A stretch of DNA of 48,706 nucleotides, counting the filler, from Jimgerdemannia flammicorona (taxonomy: Eukaryota), in assembly GCA_003990765.1 (NCBI GenBank). It is 2 parts of 2 records of this genome, joined end to end, with 100 filler letters (N's around TTAATTAATTAA, not from the genome) between each part and the next. Parts side by side here need not be neighbours in the genome. Positions count along the whole stretch, not along the records: positions 24,406 to 48,706 come from RBNJ01000993.1; 1 more part is not named here. One strand, written 5' to 3'. The notes under the pieces were generated by a model that worked only from the letters and a program-made list of their open reading frames with translations, ran no database searches and had not been told where the DNA came from. How positions within the stretch are numbered: the first letter of the stretch is position 1; each line of letters begins with the position of its first letter. Position numbers and translations under genes: made by a program. Shown piece after piece: positions 25,922-37,929 of this stretch.

Positions 25922-27440
25922 TGTAAGAGGGTTGCTTTTTAGAGTAACTGTTACATAGTTCTGGAGGATTTTCTGGAAGTTCTGGATATTCTGGAAGACT
26001 ATTTTCTTAAGGTCAAGATCAATTTTGTATAGAGTATATCCTCTATGCTTATTGATTTCAAGATCAGGTTGACATCTCAACCAAAGTCCTTTTTCGGACT
26101 AGTTCTGGATGTTCAGGATTTTCCATATTTCAGGAAGTTTAAGAAACTAAGACCAGTTTAGTTGAATTAGCATATCACTACAGACAATACCTAATTAGGA
26201 AATTTCATGATGGGGTTAGGAGTAGGACCTAACAGGAAGCAGATTTACTTAAGAGTAGTTTGTGGGTTATTAAATAGGTTTATTTGCTATTCATGATATT
26301 GCTATACTAGGAGTAGTTGTATGAAGGGATATTGTAGGGAAGTATTCAGGAATGTTCTTATATGTTTGAGTCTGTTCAAGTCTGTTTAAGTCTATTAAGT
26401 CTGAGATTCTGAGGTCTGGAAGAGGGGGTATTTATACTAGTGAGGGGCTATCTAAACTATGCTAGATATAGATATAGCACTTAGTGCCTTGCTGAGTCAG
26501 AATGCAGTCACATAGTACAAATGTAATCTGACATATCAAGAGATCATCTGACTGCTGAGTCAGTTTACAGTCACATCATATAAGACTAATCTAACTATAC
26601 TATAACTGTTAGGCTATCTATAGATTTAGATACTGTCTAGATAGTCTTTGATGACATCACTATTGATGACATCATTGCTGGCAAAGTCTGAGCAGTTTTC
26701 TGACTTCTGATATTATCAGTTTCAAGGTATCATCACTTCTATCTCTTGCAAGATTAAGGCTGTCCTTGGTGGCAGTGGTTGTATAAGGATAACAGGTCTT
26801 GGTTCTCTTTTTTTTTGGCCTGCTGGCATATTTGCGAGAACTGGCCATTCTTATCTAGGGCGAGGGCTCCCAATATTACAGCTGGGGGTTCGAACCTCTT
26901 GGAAATGATATTTTCTGTAATCTGAGGCAATTTCTAGTAGTAATATCTATTACATGGATAGCTTGAGATTGGTTTCGATGATGTTGGCTTTCTTGAGTTC
27001 AGATGAAGCATCTGTTATTCTCCAATAGAGGTGATACAGATAGAGCAAACAGAGTTGTTTAAATGTGTTTTGCTTCTGCTAAGTAATGAGGTCTTGTATA
27101 GTTGTAGTATATCTTGGTCTTGAGTTTGATAAGTGTAGTTCATGAACCCTTGATAGATGAGATAGGGTCCTTCTTGTCTCAGTTTGAGTTTGGTACTTTC
27201 AGTTTCCTTTTGTAATAGTACAGTATACTAAACTAGTTATAGAGGTTCAGAGTTGGTCTTATAGTTATAGTACTTCTTCTGGTATTCTTATATCTTGGCA
27301 GTAGGTTCTCGTGTTTGCTGGCATATTTTGTGTAACCAGATGATCTCTTCAGTAACTTGTTTTATAGTCTTGCATGTGGTTTCCAAATTAGTTCTGAGGA
27401 TGATATGCAATTTTGGTGGCTTAGAGGTTGTACACTTATA
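25922..27440 (-). repeat. 3' LTR (1519 bp)
   Basis: Aligns along its length with 30836-32335; ends CTTATA (C>T of CTTACA); adjacent PPT AAGAAGGGGAGAGT at 27454-27441. Confidence 0.95.
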
Positions 27441-27455
27441 ACTCTCCCCTTCTTA

Positions 27456-30400
27456 GCTTTTGATGTCCTCATCGGAGTCTTCTAATTTGTTCTAGTGTTG
27501 TTGTACCATTTGGATGGTTCTTGTGACTATGTTTGTTGAGGATTTGTTCAACTTTGTACTCTTCTTAGTCATTGATAATGACAGGTACAGGTGGTTCTGT
27601 AGTTTGGTTCAGAAATGTGTCTCAGACCTTCTGGAGTAATGGTCTGATATGGCTGTCAACTTTGGAAAAGTCTTCTTCAGAGTTCTCAGGTTCTCCTTTG
27701 AATGGACAGATGGAGATAATGAAGAGAGGACATTTCTTGGCCAATTTCTTGAGCTATAGCTTGTTGATGTGGGTGATCTTTGATCTGGGGTCACTAGAGC
27801 TAAGTGGGTCCTTTTCACCTTATAGTTTAAAGTTGTGGCATCCTTTCTTGATGGTCAGAGAATGGTTTACCCAATTGATCATGAGGTTTTCTTATTTTAA
27901 CCATGGAGTTCTAAGGATAATTTTATTGTCTAGAAGTGGTATGATCTGGAGGGTAATATGTACTTGGTAGTTACCAATTCAGAAGGGTAGATTGTGGACT
28001 TCCTTACTAATGACATGGGAGGTTCCATCAGCTGTAACAACTGCTTGAGTTTGTTATATCAGAGAGGTGAAGACCTTGAGTCTATTGGCTGTTTCTTCAT
28101 TGATGAAGTTGCCTGAGGCACCACTGTCTATCATAATCTTGACAGGTGCTCAGTTGACAAAAGCTTGAAGTATAAGCAGTTTGTCTGATCCAATGGTAGT
28201 GATTTCAGTTATAGGAGCTTTCCTTCTGTTGGTTCTTCTTTGAGCCAATTCATTGACACAAGAGAAGCAATCATCAATTATTCGGGAAGAGTATATTCCA
28301 ATATCATGGGGGCATCAGCTACTAGGTACATATCTATCTTTGATTTTCTTGTAGAATTATTCTTCTTTGTTCATAGTAGGTTGGACTGGGGCCTTGTTTG
28401 ATGAGCCAAATCCTTTGGATCCTTAGATGGTAGATAGTAGTTCAGGGACTTCCTTGACTATCAGAGTTAACTCAATTTTCTCAAATAGGATCTAGACAAT
28501 GCAGAAACCAATAGAGATCTTGAAGGGTATCCAACTATGGTTTCAGATGAGGACAATAATTTTGCCTGTATAATCTTCATCAATGACTCCTCCTTCTACT
28601 GAGAGTCCTTTCAATGTCAGGTTGCTGTGACAGTATATCCTTCCAATATGTCCTTCAGGGACTTGGATGCTGATTCCTATATAGACTTGCTTGACTTCTT
28701 GGTTGAAAACTGTAGCTTCTTCAGCTGCATACAGGTCATATCTAGCTGCCTTTTGACTTCCTTTGATTGGGGCCTTAGCAGTTTGCCTTAACTTGACAAA
28801 GTCCAGTATTCTGGTTATCAGATTATTGAGGTAGTGTAGAGTAGTAACAGTTGCTCATATTACTATTTGGGGTTTTCAGTTGGGGCAGGCACTGGCCATA
28901 TGTCCTGTCTTTCAGCAATAGAAGCATGCTCCACTTCTTCAAAGTTCATTCCTTTCTCCTTCAGTGAGTTTCTTAAAGGAACTTAGCTGGGTGAGTTCAT
29001 GATTTCTGGGTGTCTATAAGATAGATATTGAGGGAGCTTGGGATGCTTCATGCTTGGGTTCTTCTTTTTTGGTTCAAGTTTTTTTCTTATTGTTGAATTG
29101 TCTTTGGGGCAGAATTGGTCCAGCTGTTAGAATTCACTTGACCATAGTCTTGATTCTTGCCAGGCACTATTGTTGGTGATTGCAACCAACTGGGTGGCCT
29201 TGTTCTCAGATTTTTCTAGTAAGCCATTCAGATAGGGTATTGAATAAATGATCTGCTCTTATACCATTTCATGCTTCATCATTGGCAATATATCTTAGGC
29301 CAATGGTGTTCAGGAGTGACTTGAGTTTCATACAGAAGGTTTTGAATTCTTCTTTACTATGTACATCGAATTTGAGATTATGGAGTTTGACTTGAGATTC
29401 AGTGATTATAGTTTTGCTGCAGTATTGAGCAATCATGAGTTGTTTTAGTCCAGGAGCTGCAGGATGGGCTCCATATTCTAGAGCATTATTTGCTGCATTT
29501 TGGGCAACTACTGTAGGTTGGGTGTCCTATGTGAGGGGTTTTTCAGAAAGGGTTTACCACTATTCTTCAGCAGGTCCTCAGAAGAATATAACAACTCATC
29601 AGACATAGGCTGTAGTAATAGCAAAGAGTTGTTCCAGAGTGTGGTCTTGATTGTTTATTAGAAGGCAGTTAGCAACTTGCTCATTGGTCCATTGATTGGC
29701 CTCAAAGTTGGTGTCAACTACACTAATAAAGCTTTGAACTTCTTGTGCAGTACCATTGAAGGTAGGTAGGCTCAGATTTTTGGTAGATCAGATCTGTTTG
29801 GCTAAGGCAGTAATAGTTGCTGCCATTATGGCTACCTGGGCTGTGAGGTCTAGAATTTGTTGGTTTGCCATATTATTTACTGGAGGTGGTTGGACTGCTG
29901 GTAGTGGTGTTACAGGTACTACTTGAGGTACTGGTGCAGAGTGTAATGGGGTTCTTTGAGTCTGTGTAAGTTGCTGGAGTAATAGTTGTGGGTCTAGAGT
30001 AAGGGCTCAATAGGTAGTTGTCTGTTGCTATATATGTGTGTTCTGGCCTAATGGAGGTGCATCTCCTTCAGTAGTATATCCAGGATCAAATTTACTGAGA
30101 TACTCCTTCTCCTCTTCAGTTTGGTCCCCATATAGTTGGGTTTGCTCAGCATCAAAGTAGACAGAATCAGTTGTATATCTGATTTCAGAAGGACTTAATT
30201 CAAAGTCAAGTTCTGGTTTGGTATTGGTTTCAGGTTCAGGTAGAGCTGTAGCAGGACCTACTTCTGATTCAAGGTCGAGTAGTTGATGAAGAATTTCTCT
30301 TGCTTCTTCTTTAAGAATATGGCAGGCCTTACTGTTCTGGAATTGGTAGTATAATGTGGTCTTGATCCTAGTATGGTGAAAGTCAGTAGAGTTGAGCCAC

Positions 30401-30796
30401 TTGGCTATAGAGGCTTGGGCTTCATGAGGAACTAAGGCTAGAAAGACTGCTGATGGTTGTCCTAGGTTGCTCAGATTTGTGGAGCTGACAAAACTCTTGT
30501 TGAGAAGAGTAAAGAAGGCTTCAATAAGACCTTCTTCATCTTGACTTGCTGGGTATAGTGCAAGGAGTTCAGTAAATAAGGTTTTGCTTATTTGCTAATT
30601 TAACTGGAGTATTTCTTTCTTTGAATGAAGTTTGTCCCACTTATTGCAGATGTGGAGGTCAAATTGTCCTTGTATGTCAGGTTCAATTCTCTCCAGATTG
30701 TCAGATGGTTCAGGATAAATTCCAGTTCAGAGGTTGGGCTTTATACCAACTTGTAGGAATTCTCAGAGGGATTTTGTAGTGGAGATAAGAAAGCAT
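27456..30796 (-). pseudogene. Gag (CCHC knuckle)-dUTPase-aspartic protease-truncated chromodomain polyprotein
   Basis: One frame from the knuckle to the end, broken only by nonsense substitutions: CFYC*KTGHMASACP (28926-28885); dUTPase AARYDLYA / GRIYCHSN / GGVIDEDYTGK / CIV*I / *GSKGFGSS (28800-28399); protease IMIDSGASGNFI (DSG 28128-28120) and IILRTPWL; then PPVPVIIND*EEYKVEQILNKH. No RT, RNase H or integrase core. Confidence 0.9.
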
Positions 30797-30820
30797 CTTG
30801 AAGTGGAATTGGATTGTAAA

Positions 30821-30832
30821 CTACTACTACCA
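30821..30832 (-). promoter_or_regulatory. Primer-binding site (mutated, probably tRNA-iMet type)
   Basis: TGGTAGTAGTAG 3 nt after the 5' LTR; consistent with TGGTAGC... after C>T/G>A changes. Confidence 0.6.
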
Positions 30833-30835
30833 AGT

Positions 30836-32335
30836 TGTAAGAGAATTGCTTTTTAGAGTAGTTCTGGAGGGTTTTCTGGAAGTTCTAGATATTCTAAAAG
30901 ACTGTTTTCTTAAGATCAAGATCAATTTTATATAGAGTACATCCTCTATACTTATTGATTTCAAGATCAGGTTGACATCTCAACCAAAGTCCTTTTCAGA
31001 CTAGTTCTGAATGTTCAGGATTTTCTGTATTTCAGGAAGTTCAAGAAACTAAGACCAGCTTAGTTGAATTGGCATATTGCTACAGACAATATCCAATTAG
31101 GAAATTTCATAATAGGGTTAGAAGTGGGACCTAATAAGGAGCAGATTTACTTAAGAGTAGTTTGTAGGTTATTAAATAGGTTTATTTGCTATTTATAATA
31201 TTGCTATACTAGGAGTAGTTGTATGAAGGGATATTGTGGGGAAGTATTCAGAAATGTTCTTGTATATTTAAGTCTGTTCAAGTCTGTTTAAGTCTATTAA
31301 GTCTGAGATTCTGAGGTCTGGGGGAGGGGGTATTTATACTAGTGAGGGACTATCTGGACTATACTAGATATGGATGTAGCACTTAGTATCTTGCTGAGTC
31401 AGAATGTAGTCACATAGTACAAGTGTGATCTGATATATCAAGAGATCATCTGACTGCTGAGTTAGTTTACAGTCATATCATATAAGACTAATCTAACTAT
31501 ACTATGACTATTAGACTATCTATAGATTTAGATGCTATCTGGGTAGTCTTCAATGATATCACTATTGATGACATCATCACTGGCAAAGTCTGAGCAGTTT
31601 TCTGACTTCTGACATCATCAGTTTCAAGGTGTCATCACTTCTATCTCTTGCAAGATTAAGGCTGTCCTTGGTGGCAGTGGTTGTACAAGGATAACAGATC
31701 TTGGTTCTTTTGACCTACTGGCACATTTGTGAGGACTGACCATCCTTGTTTAGGGTGAGGGCTCCCAATGTCATAGCTGGGGGTTCGAATCTCTTGGAAA
31801 TGATATTTTCTATAATCCAAGACAATTTCTAGTAGTAATATCTGTTATGTGGATGGCTTGAGATTGGTTTTGACAATGTCAGCTTTCTTGAGTTCAGATG
31901 AAGTATCTGTCATTCTCCAACAGAGGTAATATAGATAGAGTGAATAGAGTTGTTCAAATGTGTTTTGCTTCTGCTAAGTAATGAGGTCTTATATAGTCAC
32001 AGTATATCTTGGTCTTGAGTTTGATAAGTGTAGTTCATGAACCCTTGATGGATGAGATAGGGTCCTTCTTATCTTGGTTTGAGTTTGGTACTTTTAGTTT
32101 TCTTTTGTAATAGTACAGTATACCAAACTAATTATAGAGGTTCAGAGGCAGTCTTATGGTTGTGGTACTTCTTCTGGTATTCTTGTATCTTGGCAGTAGG
32201 TTCTCATGTTTGCTGACATATTTTGTGTAACCAGATGATCTCTTCAGTAACTTATTTTATAGTCTTGCATATGGTTTCCAAATTGGTTCTGAGGATGATA
32301 TGCAATTTTAGTAGCTTGGAGGTTGTATACTTACA
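30836..32335 (-). repeat. 5' LTR (1500 bp)
   Basis: TGTAAG at 30836, CTTACA ending at 32335; minus-strand TATAAATACCCC near 31330-31338 (also near 26425-26436 in the other LTR). Confidence 0.95.
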
Positions 32336-32555
32336 GAGAGCTACCTGAAAGCTTCATATAGATAAGGTAGCATACATTTGATTTATGTATCTTTGATATT
32401 CTATACTTTGCGAAGTATACATGGTAGAGATTTCGAAAAAGTCTCTAGGTAACAGACAGACCAATTATGGTATCATCATAGTTAGCAAATACCATACTCT
32501 TCATACATAGTAATGGGGAATTCAAACCTACTATTTACTGAAAAGTACATCAACA

Positions 32556-35500
32556 GATGCTTTTCACTGGTATCATTTGGGTGATACAAGACTCAGACAA
32601 CACTTTTTACAATGTTTTTGATATTCAATAACTATCAACATAAATGGCAACAATTGAACTAGTGAGTGTACTGGCCAGGGGGATAGTGGTACCTTTGGCT
32701 GACAGTAGGTGGGGAGGAGGGGAGATGGTTTGGGGATGCCAGGGGCCTTAATGGCTAGCTGAGGCCCTGGTGGTGGAGAGAGGGGCAGCCTGAGGCAGAG
32801 AGGAGGGGAGAGGTCAACCTTTGCTGACAAGATCAGAATAGGAAAGATGGCCTCTGGTCTGGATGATTGGTTGGGCCTGGGGAAGGCGTCGAGAGCTGCT
32901 GCTGAAGGATAGGGAGGTGTGCCCAGGGGAGTTTCAGGTAGTAGAGGGGGAGCAGGAGTAGGGGCTGGAGATGTGACTATTGATGGGGCTGTGACTGGGG
33001 ATCTGGCAAAAAATCCAGATGTGATGGCAGTTGATAATTCAGGACAGGGGATGGGCATGAGGCCTGGAGACCTGGCAGATGGAGTGACAGGCATGGTGTT
33101 GGCCCCGTTACTCAAGAAGTTGAGGTCAGAATTCATGGTCACAATGAGTTTCAGGGGCTTAGCAGTGATGGTGAGGATGATCTTAGGGCTGGTGGTGTAG
33201 GAGACAAAGAAAGTAGCTTTGGTGAAGTTTTTGAAGGGGAAGGAAGGGGTCAAGATGGGGTTTGAGGAAGAAGATGCCTTGCTGACAGCCTTGGAGAAGG
33301 GGGTGACAGTTGGTGGGGTTGTGGTCCCTATGGCCAGGTACATATACTGAGACCCCCAAGTGGTACAGTTGATAGTGTTGGATCTCCCTATATTGTTGAA
33401 GGAGAGGACTAGAGAGTTGGTTGTAGAGGTAATCAAGGAGTATGGAGAGATTGTAGATGTTGGGTTCAAGGTCTGGGAGGGTATGGAGCTCTGGACTGGT
33501 GATGTCGATGTCAGGATAAGGCTGGCTGGAAAGGAGAATATAGCGAAGATAAGGGACTGGCCAGTGATGCTGAGGTGGGGACTGGTGGAGTGTAAGGTCA
33601 CAAGGGTGAAGAGGACCCAGGAGGAGGAGAAAGACCAGTTGGAGGTTCTGAAGGATCTGAAAGGAGTGGTTGCGAGGAGGAGATTGGCCTGGAAGGAGTT
33701 TGAGGCCAGGATGGTGGTGGGGGAGGTAGATGGGAAGAGGGTCCAGATGGAGAGAGAGACCTGGGAGAAGATGCAGGGAAGGAAAATCCAGAAGGAGCTG
33801 CTGGCGAAGTTGAATAGGGGTAGAGCCAGCAGAAGTGCAGGGGAGGGAGATGTAGGATTGCAGAAGAGTGCCTGGGCTGTGGGGGGTGAAAGGGCCCATA
33901 GTGGGGCTCAGACTGGATTGGAGGAGGAGAGGGAAGGTGGCATGGAGGTAGATGCAGAAATGAGTGAAGATGTATACTCTCAGTATAGTGTCCTGGGTGG
34001 AGCTGAGGGGGAGGAGGAACTGCTGGATGTGCTAGATGAAGAGTAGGATAAGTTAGTGAGGAGGAGTGCTCTGGTGGACCCCAAGGTGGATGGGGGGCAA
34101 ATCATCCAGAGTATGGCAGAGGTGGTGGATGAGGAGAAGTGGATGTGGAAGACCCTGGAAGGGGTAGTGGCAGAGGAGCTGAGGGGAGAGGATTTCAGGG
34201 TTATGGAAGAGAGGTATTGGGAGGAAATCCTACAGGAGGAGAAGGTGTTGAGGAAGATGAGGAACAAGATCCTGATTGTCCTCCTGGAGTTGGTTGAATA
34301 TCAAGTCGATGATCAGAGGGAGGAGGAACTTAGGGGGATTGTGAGTGACCAGGCATTATACTTGTGGAACTCAAGGAAGGGACTGGAGAAGTAGTGCACA
34401 GTCTGCATAGACTACTAGTTAGAGATGGAGGTAGTGGATGGGGTGGAATGTCAGGAAATCTTAGAGATGCTGGATGCTCAGGCTAATGCAGAGGGTGACT
34501 TGGAAGCTGAATGGTGCTTGGATCTGGCTGGGGATGAGATGAGCATGGAATACTAGGCTGGGGTCCCAATTGCAACATTCTTTCAATATGAACAGTATAA
34601 CTAGAATATTCTCTTTGAACATAAATAGGTTATGGGGGGTAGCTAGGAGGAAGTATATATTTGGATGGCTAAAGGGACTGGATGCAGACCTCTTTTTGTT
34701 GCAGGATGTTCATTATGAGACAGATGTGGATTTATAGGATTGGACTAAGAAATGGGGGGGGGGCGGCAGTATGGAGGGGGAGGGTGGGTATTCTCATTCA
34801 GAAAGGGATGGGGGACATTGGAGACATTGGTCATTGGGGGTCTTGGGTGGTGTGGAGAGTGTGGAAGAGGCCTGGATAGGGCTCGTTGACAGTTGAGTCT
34901 TGTTACTGCCCAGCTGAGAGAGGGGAGAGAGTGGATTGGATTTGCAGGTTGAAAGAGTCTGGTGTCTTGGGTGAGGTTGGGTTGGACTGCCTGGGGGGTG
35001 ACTTCAACATGGTATGGGATAAGGAGATGGACAGAACAGATGGAGAGAGAGGTATGTGGAGTGAGAGTAGTGGGTTGGAGGACTGGTTGGAGACAGAGAG
35101 GTTGAGTTCTTTAGTAGACTCAGGAAGACAGTTTTGGGACAATCAGCAGGTATACACTCACTGGGTGATAGGGCTGGGCTCTAGGATTGATTGGGTTTTG
35201 ACAGCAGTGCTGGGGAGTAGATGTCTGGATGGTGCTAGAGGTAGTTTGATATCCATGGTCTGATCACTGGGAGCTGCTAGGAGGGGGGAGGTTTGGGGGA
35301 AGTGAGGATGGGCCTGGATATTGGTGACTAAATTCTGCCTTGTTAGAGGATGGGGTTTTGTGGGAGGATTGGGAAAAGAAGGTTATTGGGAATATTGGAA
35401 GGTGGCAGGAATGAGGCCTGGGAATTGGGGACTACTGGAGGAGACTGAAGGCAAATGCTCAGGGGTATTAGAGGGAAGCAGGGAAAGGAAGGTGTGCTCA

Positions 35501-37929
35501 ATGATGATGGTGGGTGCTGTGGGCCTTGCAGTGTCTGGCAGCACTTATGGGGAGATGGGCAGGTGTGCTAGAAGATGGGGAGGTGACTGACTAGCATATT
35601 GTGAGGATCTGAAAGAAGGTGGAGGAGCTTAAAGGAGTGTTATGAAGAGAGAAGAAGGTGAGGCTACAGGAGATAGTGGCCCAGCTGTGGTAGCAGGGGC
35701 TTGAGGAGGGGGAGAGGCCTACTAGGTTTTTATCATGGTTGTTATAAGTACGATAAATGAAGCAGTGATGGGAGGGAGTCCTGGATGCAAATGGCAAGCT
35801 GGTGGTGAGGACTATAGCGATTCTGGGTTTACTGCGAAACTGTTGGAAGAATCTATGGAGTGAGGAGGAAGGAGGAGTGGATGCTTTGGACATTAAAAAG
35901 CAGCTGGGAGATTGGCACCCAAACCCTGTGATGGGCCTAGGGTCTTTGGGGGACCCAGTGAGTAGAGAGGAAATCTGCAAGGTTGTGGCCTCGATGAGTA
36001 AGGGGATATCTCCAGGGGAGGATGGACTTCTCTGGGATTTTTGGAAGAAGATGGCTGGAGTGAGTGAGGTGCTAGAGGAAATGACTGCTATGTGTGGTGA
36101 GATTCTTCAGTCTGGTACTTGGATAGGGGGCCAGTGTCTAGGGCTAGTCTCCTTGCTCTACAAGAATAAGGGGAGGTGGGAAGATTGGAAGAACTGGCAG
36201 CCAATCATGCTACTTGACATGGACCACAAACTGGTGACAAAGATCTTGGTGATGAGGCTGCAAGGAATCGCTCAGCAAGTGCTTGGTGTGGAGCAGCATG
36301 GATTTGTCAGGGCTGGTTGATTTGTGATGGGACAGCTTGGGTACATAGTGTGATTGAAGGTGCCCGGGCTACAGGGGTGGATGGATAGTTGGTATTTCTG
36401 GATCAGGAGAAGGCATATGATAGAGTGCAGAGAATCTGGCTAGAGGGAGTGCTGAAATGGATTAGTATTCTCCTGGGGTTCTGAGGATCATTGATCAGCC
36501 TCTTGGAGGACAGTCAGGCTATGTTGGTCATCAATGACTATAGGGATGTGGTCTTTCCCCTAGGTCATGGGGTATCACAAGGTGACCCCTTGTTACCCAT
36601 ATTGTATGCCCTCTCCCTGGAGCTCCTACTGGACAGGATTCAGTATTGAATCAGGGGTTTGGACATTCTAGGGATAAATTGGAAGGTGGGGGCCTTTGCT
36701 GATGATATGGTGGTTGGACTGGACTCCTTGGTGGATGTGGGGGAGTTATGGCAGTCTGTGGAATGGTATGAGAGGGGATCTGGTGCTAAACTAAACTGGC
36801 ACAAATGTGAGACTCTAGTGCTGGGTGCTGGAATTATTGGTGGTGATGTAATTGAGATGGTGGTGCCAGCTGGTGAACCAGTGTGTTATTTGGGGATCTA
36901 CTTCTTGGTGTTTGGATCTCTTCTTCCCCATGCATAGTGGAGCCAACAACTTCTGGAGTGGGGAAATGTTCTGCTGTGATGGGGAGGTCAGCATATGTCC
37001 TTAGCTGGAAAGGTGATGGTACTGAATGTGTATTAGATACTAAAGCTGTAGTATGTGGGGTATCATTTGGATTTTCTGACCTGGGTGGTCAGAGGGCTGT
37101 TGAAGATGGCGAGATCATGGATCTGGGGAGGGTAGTGAAGTCAGGTGGGTTGGGAGGTGCTCACACTACCTATGGAAAGAGGTGGGCTGGGTTTAGCTGA
37201 CTTTACTAAGTGGCTTCATTGTTTAAGAGCTTGGTAGTTGAGGAGGGTAAGTGAGCTGAGAGGTCAGGAGTAGGTGCCACTCATGCAGAGGGTGTAGGAG
37301 GTTCAGTATTTCTCTTGTGGTGACTCTGGTAATCTGCTTGCGATGGTGGCCATAGATGGGAGCAAAAGGATACAGTTTACAGGCTTCTGGTGGGGGGTGG
37401 TGGATAGCACTAAGAAAATTGGACTTTGGTGGTAAGGTGATGAAGCAGAGGAGAATTGGGGACCGTGAATGTGGTGGTGGGACAGGCTTCTACTAGGTGG
37501 TGTTCCAGTGGAGGATTTTCAACTTAGAGAGGATATGGAGTATACCCTTGGCTGGGCTCTGGCCATGTAGGTTGGGTTAGCTGGGCATTAGGTATATGTA
37601 TTTGAGGAGAGACAGCAGGTTGGGGTTGGGGACAAGGTGGCATATTAAGAATGGTTATTACTGGACATTTTGAATGGCTGGTAGTAAGGGTGGGGGCCAG
37701 GTAAGGGGAATCACAGGGGTTTAGTGCAGTGTATCTCCCAGAAGAGTGGCAGGAGGATTTGGGTAGTGGGTGACTGGGCTGTGCTCAGGCAGGGGGAGGT
37801 TAAGAGGGGAGGGATGGATCTACAGAGCATTGGTTGAGAGTTTGGGGTGACATTGTATTGTTAGAATTATAGACAGCAGTAATAAAAGGGCAGTCCAAGT
37901 GACTATAAAAAAAAAAAAAAAAAAAAAAA
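32556..37929 (+). mobile_element. Near full-length degenerate L1/Tx1-like LINE, copy B (ORF1 + APE-RT ORF2)
   Basis: TSD AAAAGTACATCAA(C/T)A at 32541-32555 and 37926-37940; poly(A) tail; ORF1 in one frame ~32630-34556; ORF2 from ATG 34588: FSLNINRL...LLQDVH, LGGDFN, SRIDW, SDH, SPGEDGL, NWQPIMLLDMDHK, FLDQEKAYDRV, QGDPL, FADDM. Confidence 0.93.

Larger units (their letters stand above)
25922..32335 (-). mobile_element. Ty3/Gypsy chromovirus-derived non-autonomous LTR retrotransposon (6.4 kb)
   Basis: TGTAAG...CTTACA termini; 5-bp TSD GAGAG (25917-25921 and 32336-32340); two ~1.5-kb LTRs; PBS and PPT; internal Gag-dUTPase-protease-partial chromodomain. Confidence 0.95.

Noticed and set aside
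26884..26898. GGGTTCGAACC / GGGTTCGAATC in both LTRs, resembling a tRNA T-loop or B-box
   Set aside because: No A-box or cloverleaf nearby; its survival is explained by the TCGA-sparing bias.
32573..33899. 342-aa and 238-aa minus-strand ORFs
   Set aside because: Antisense shadows of the purine-rich LINE ORF1.
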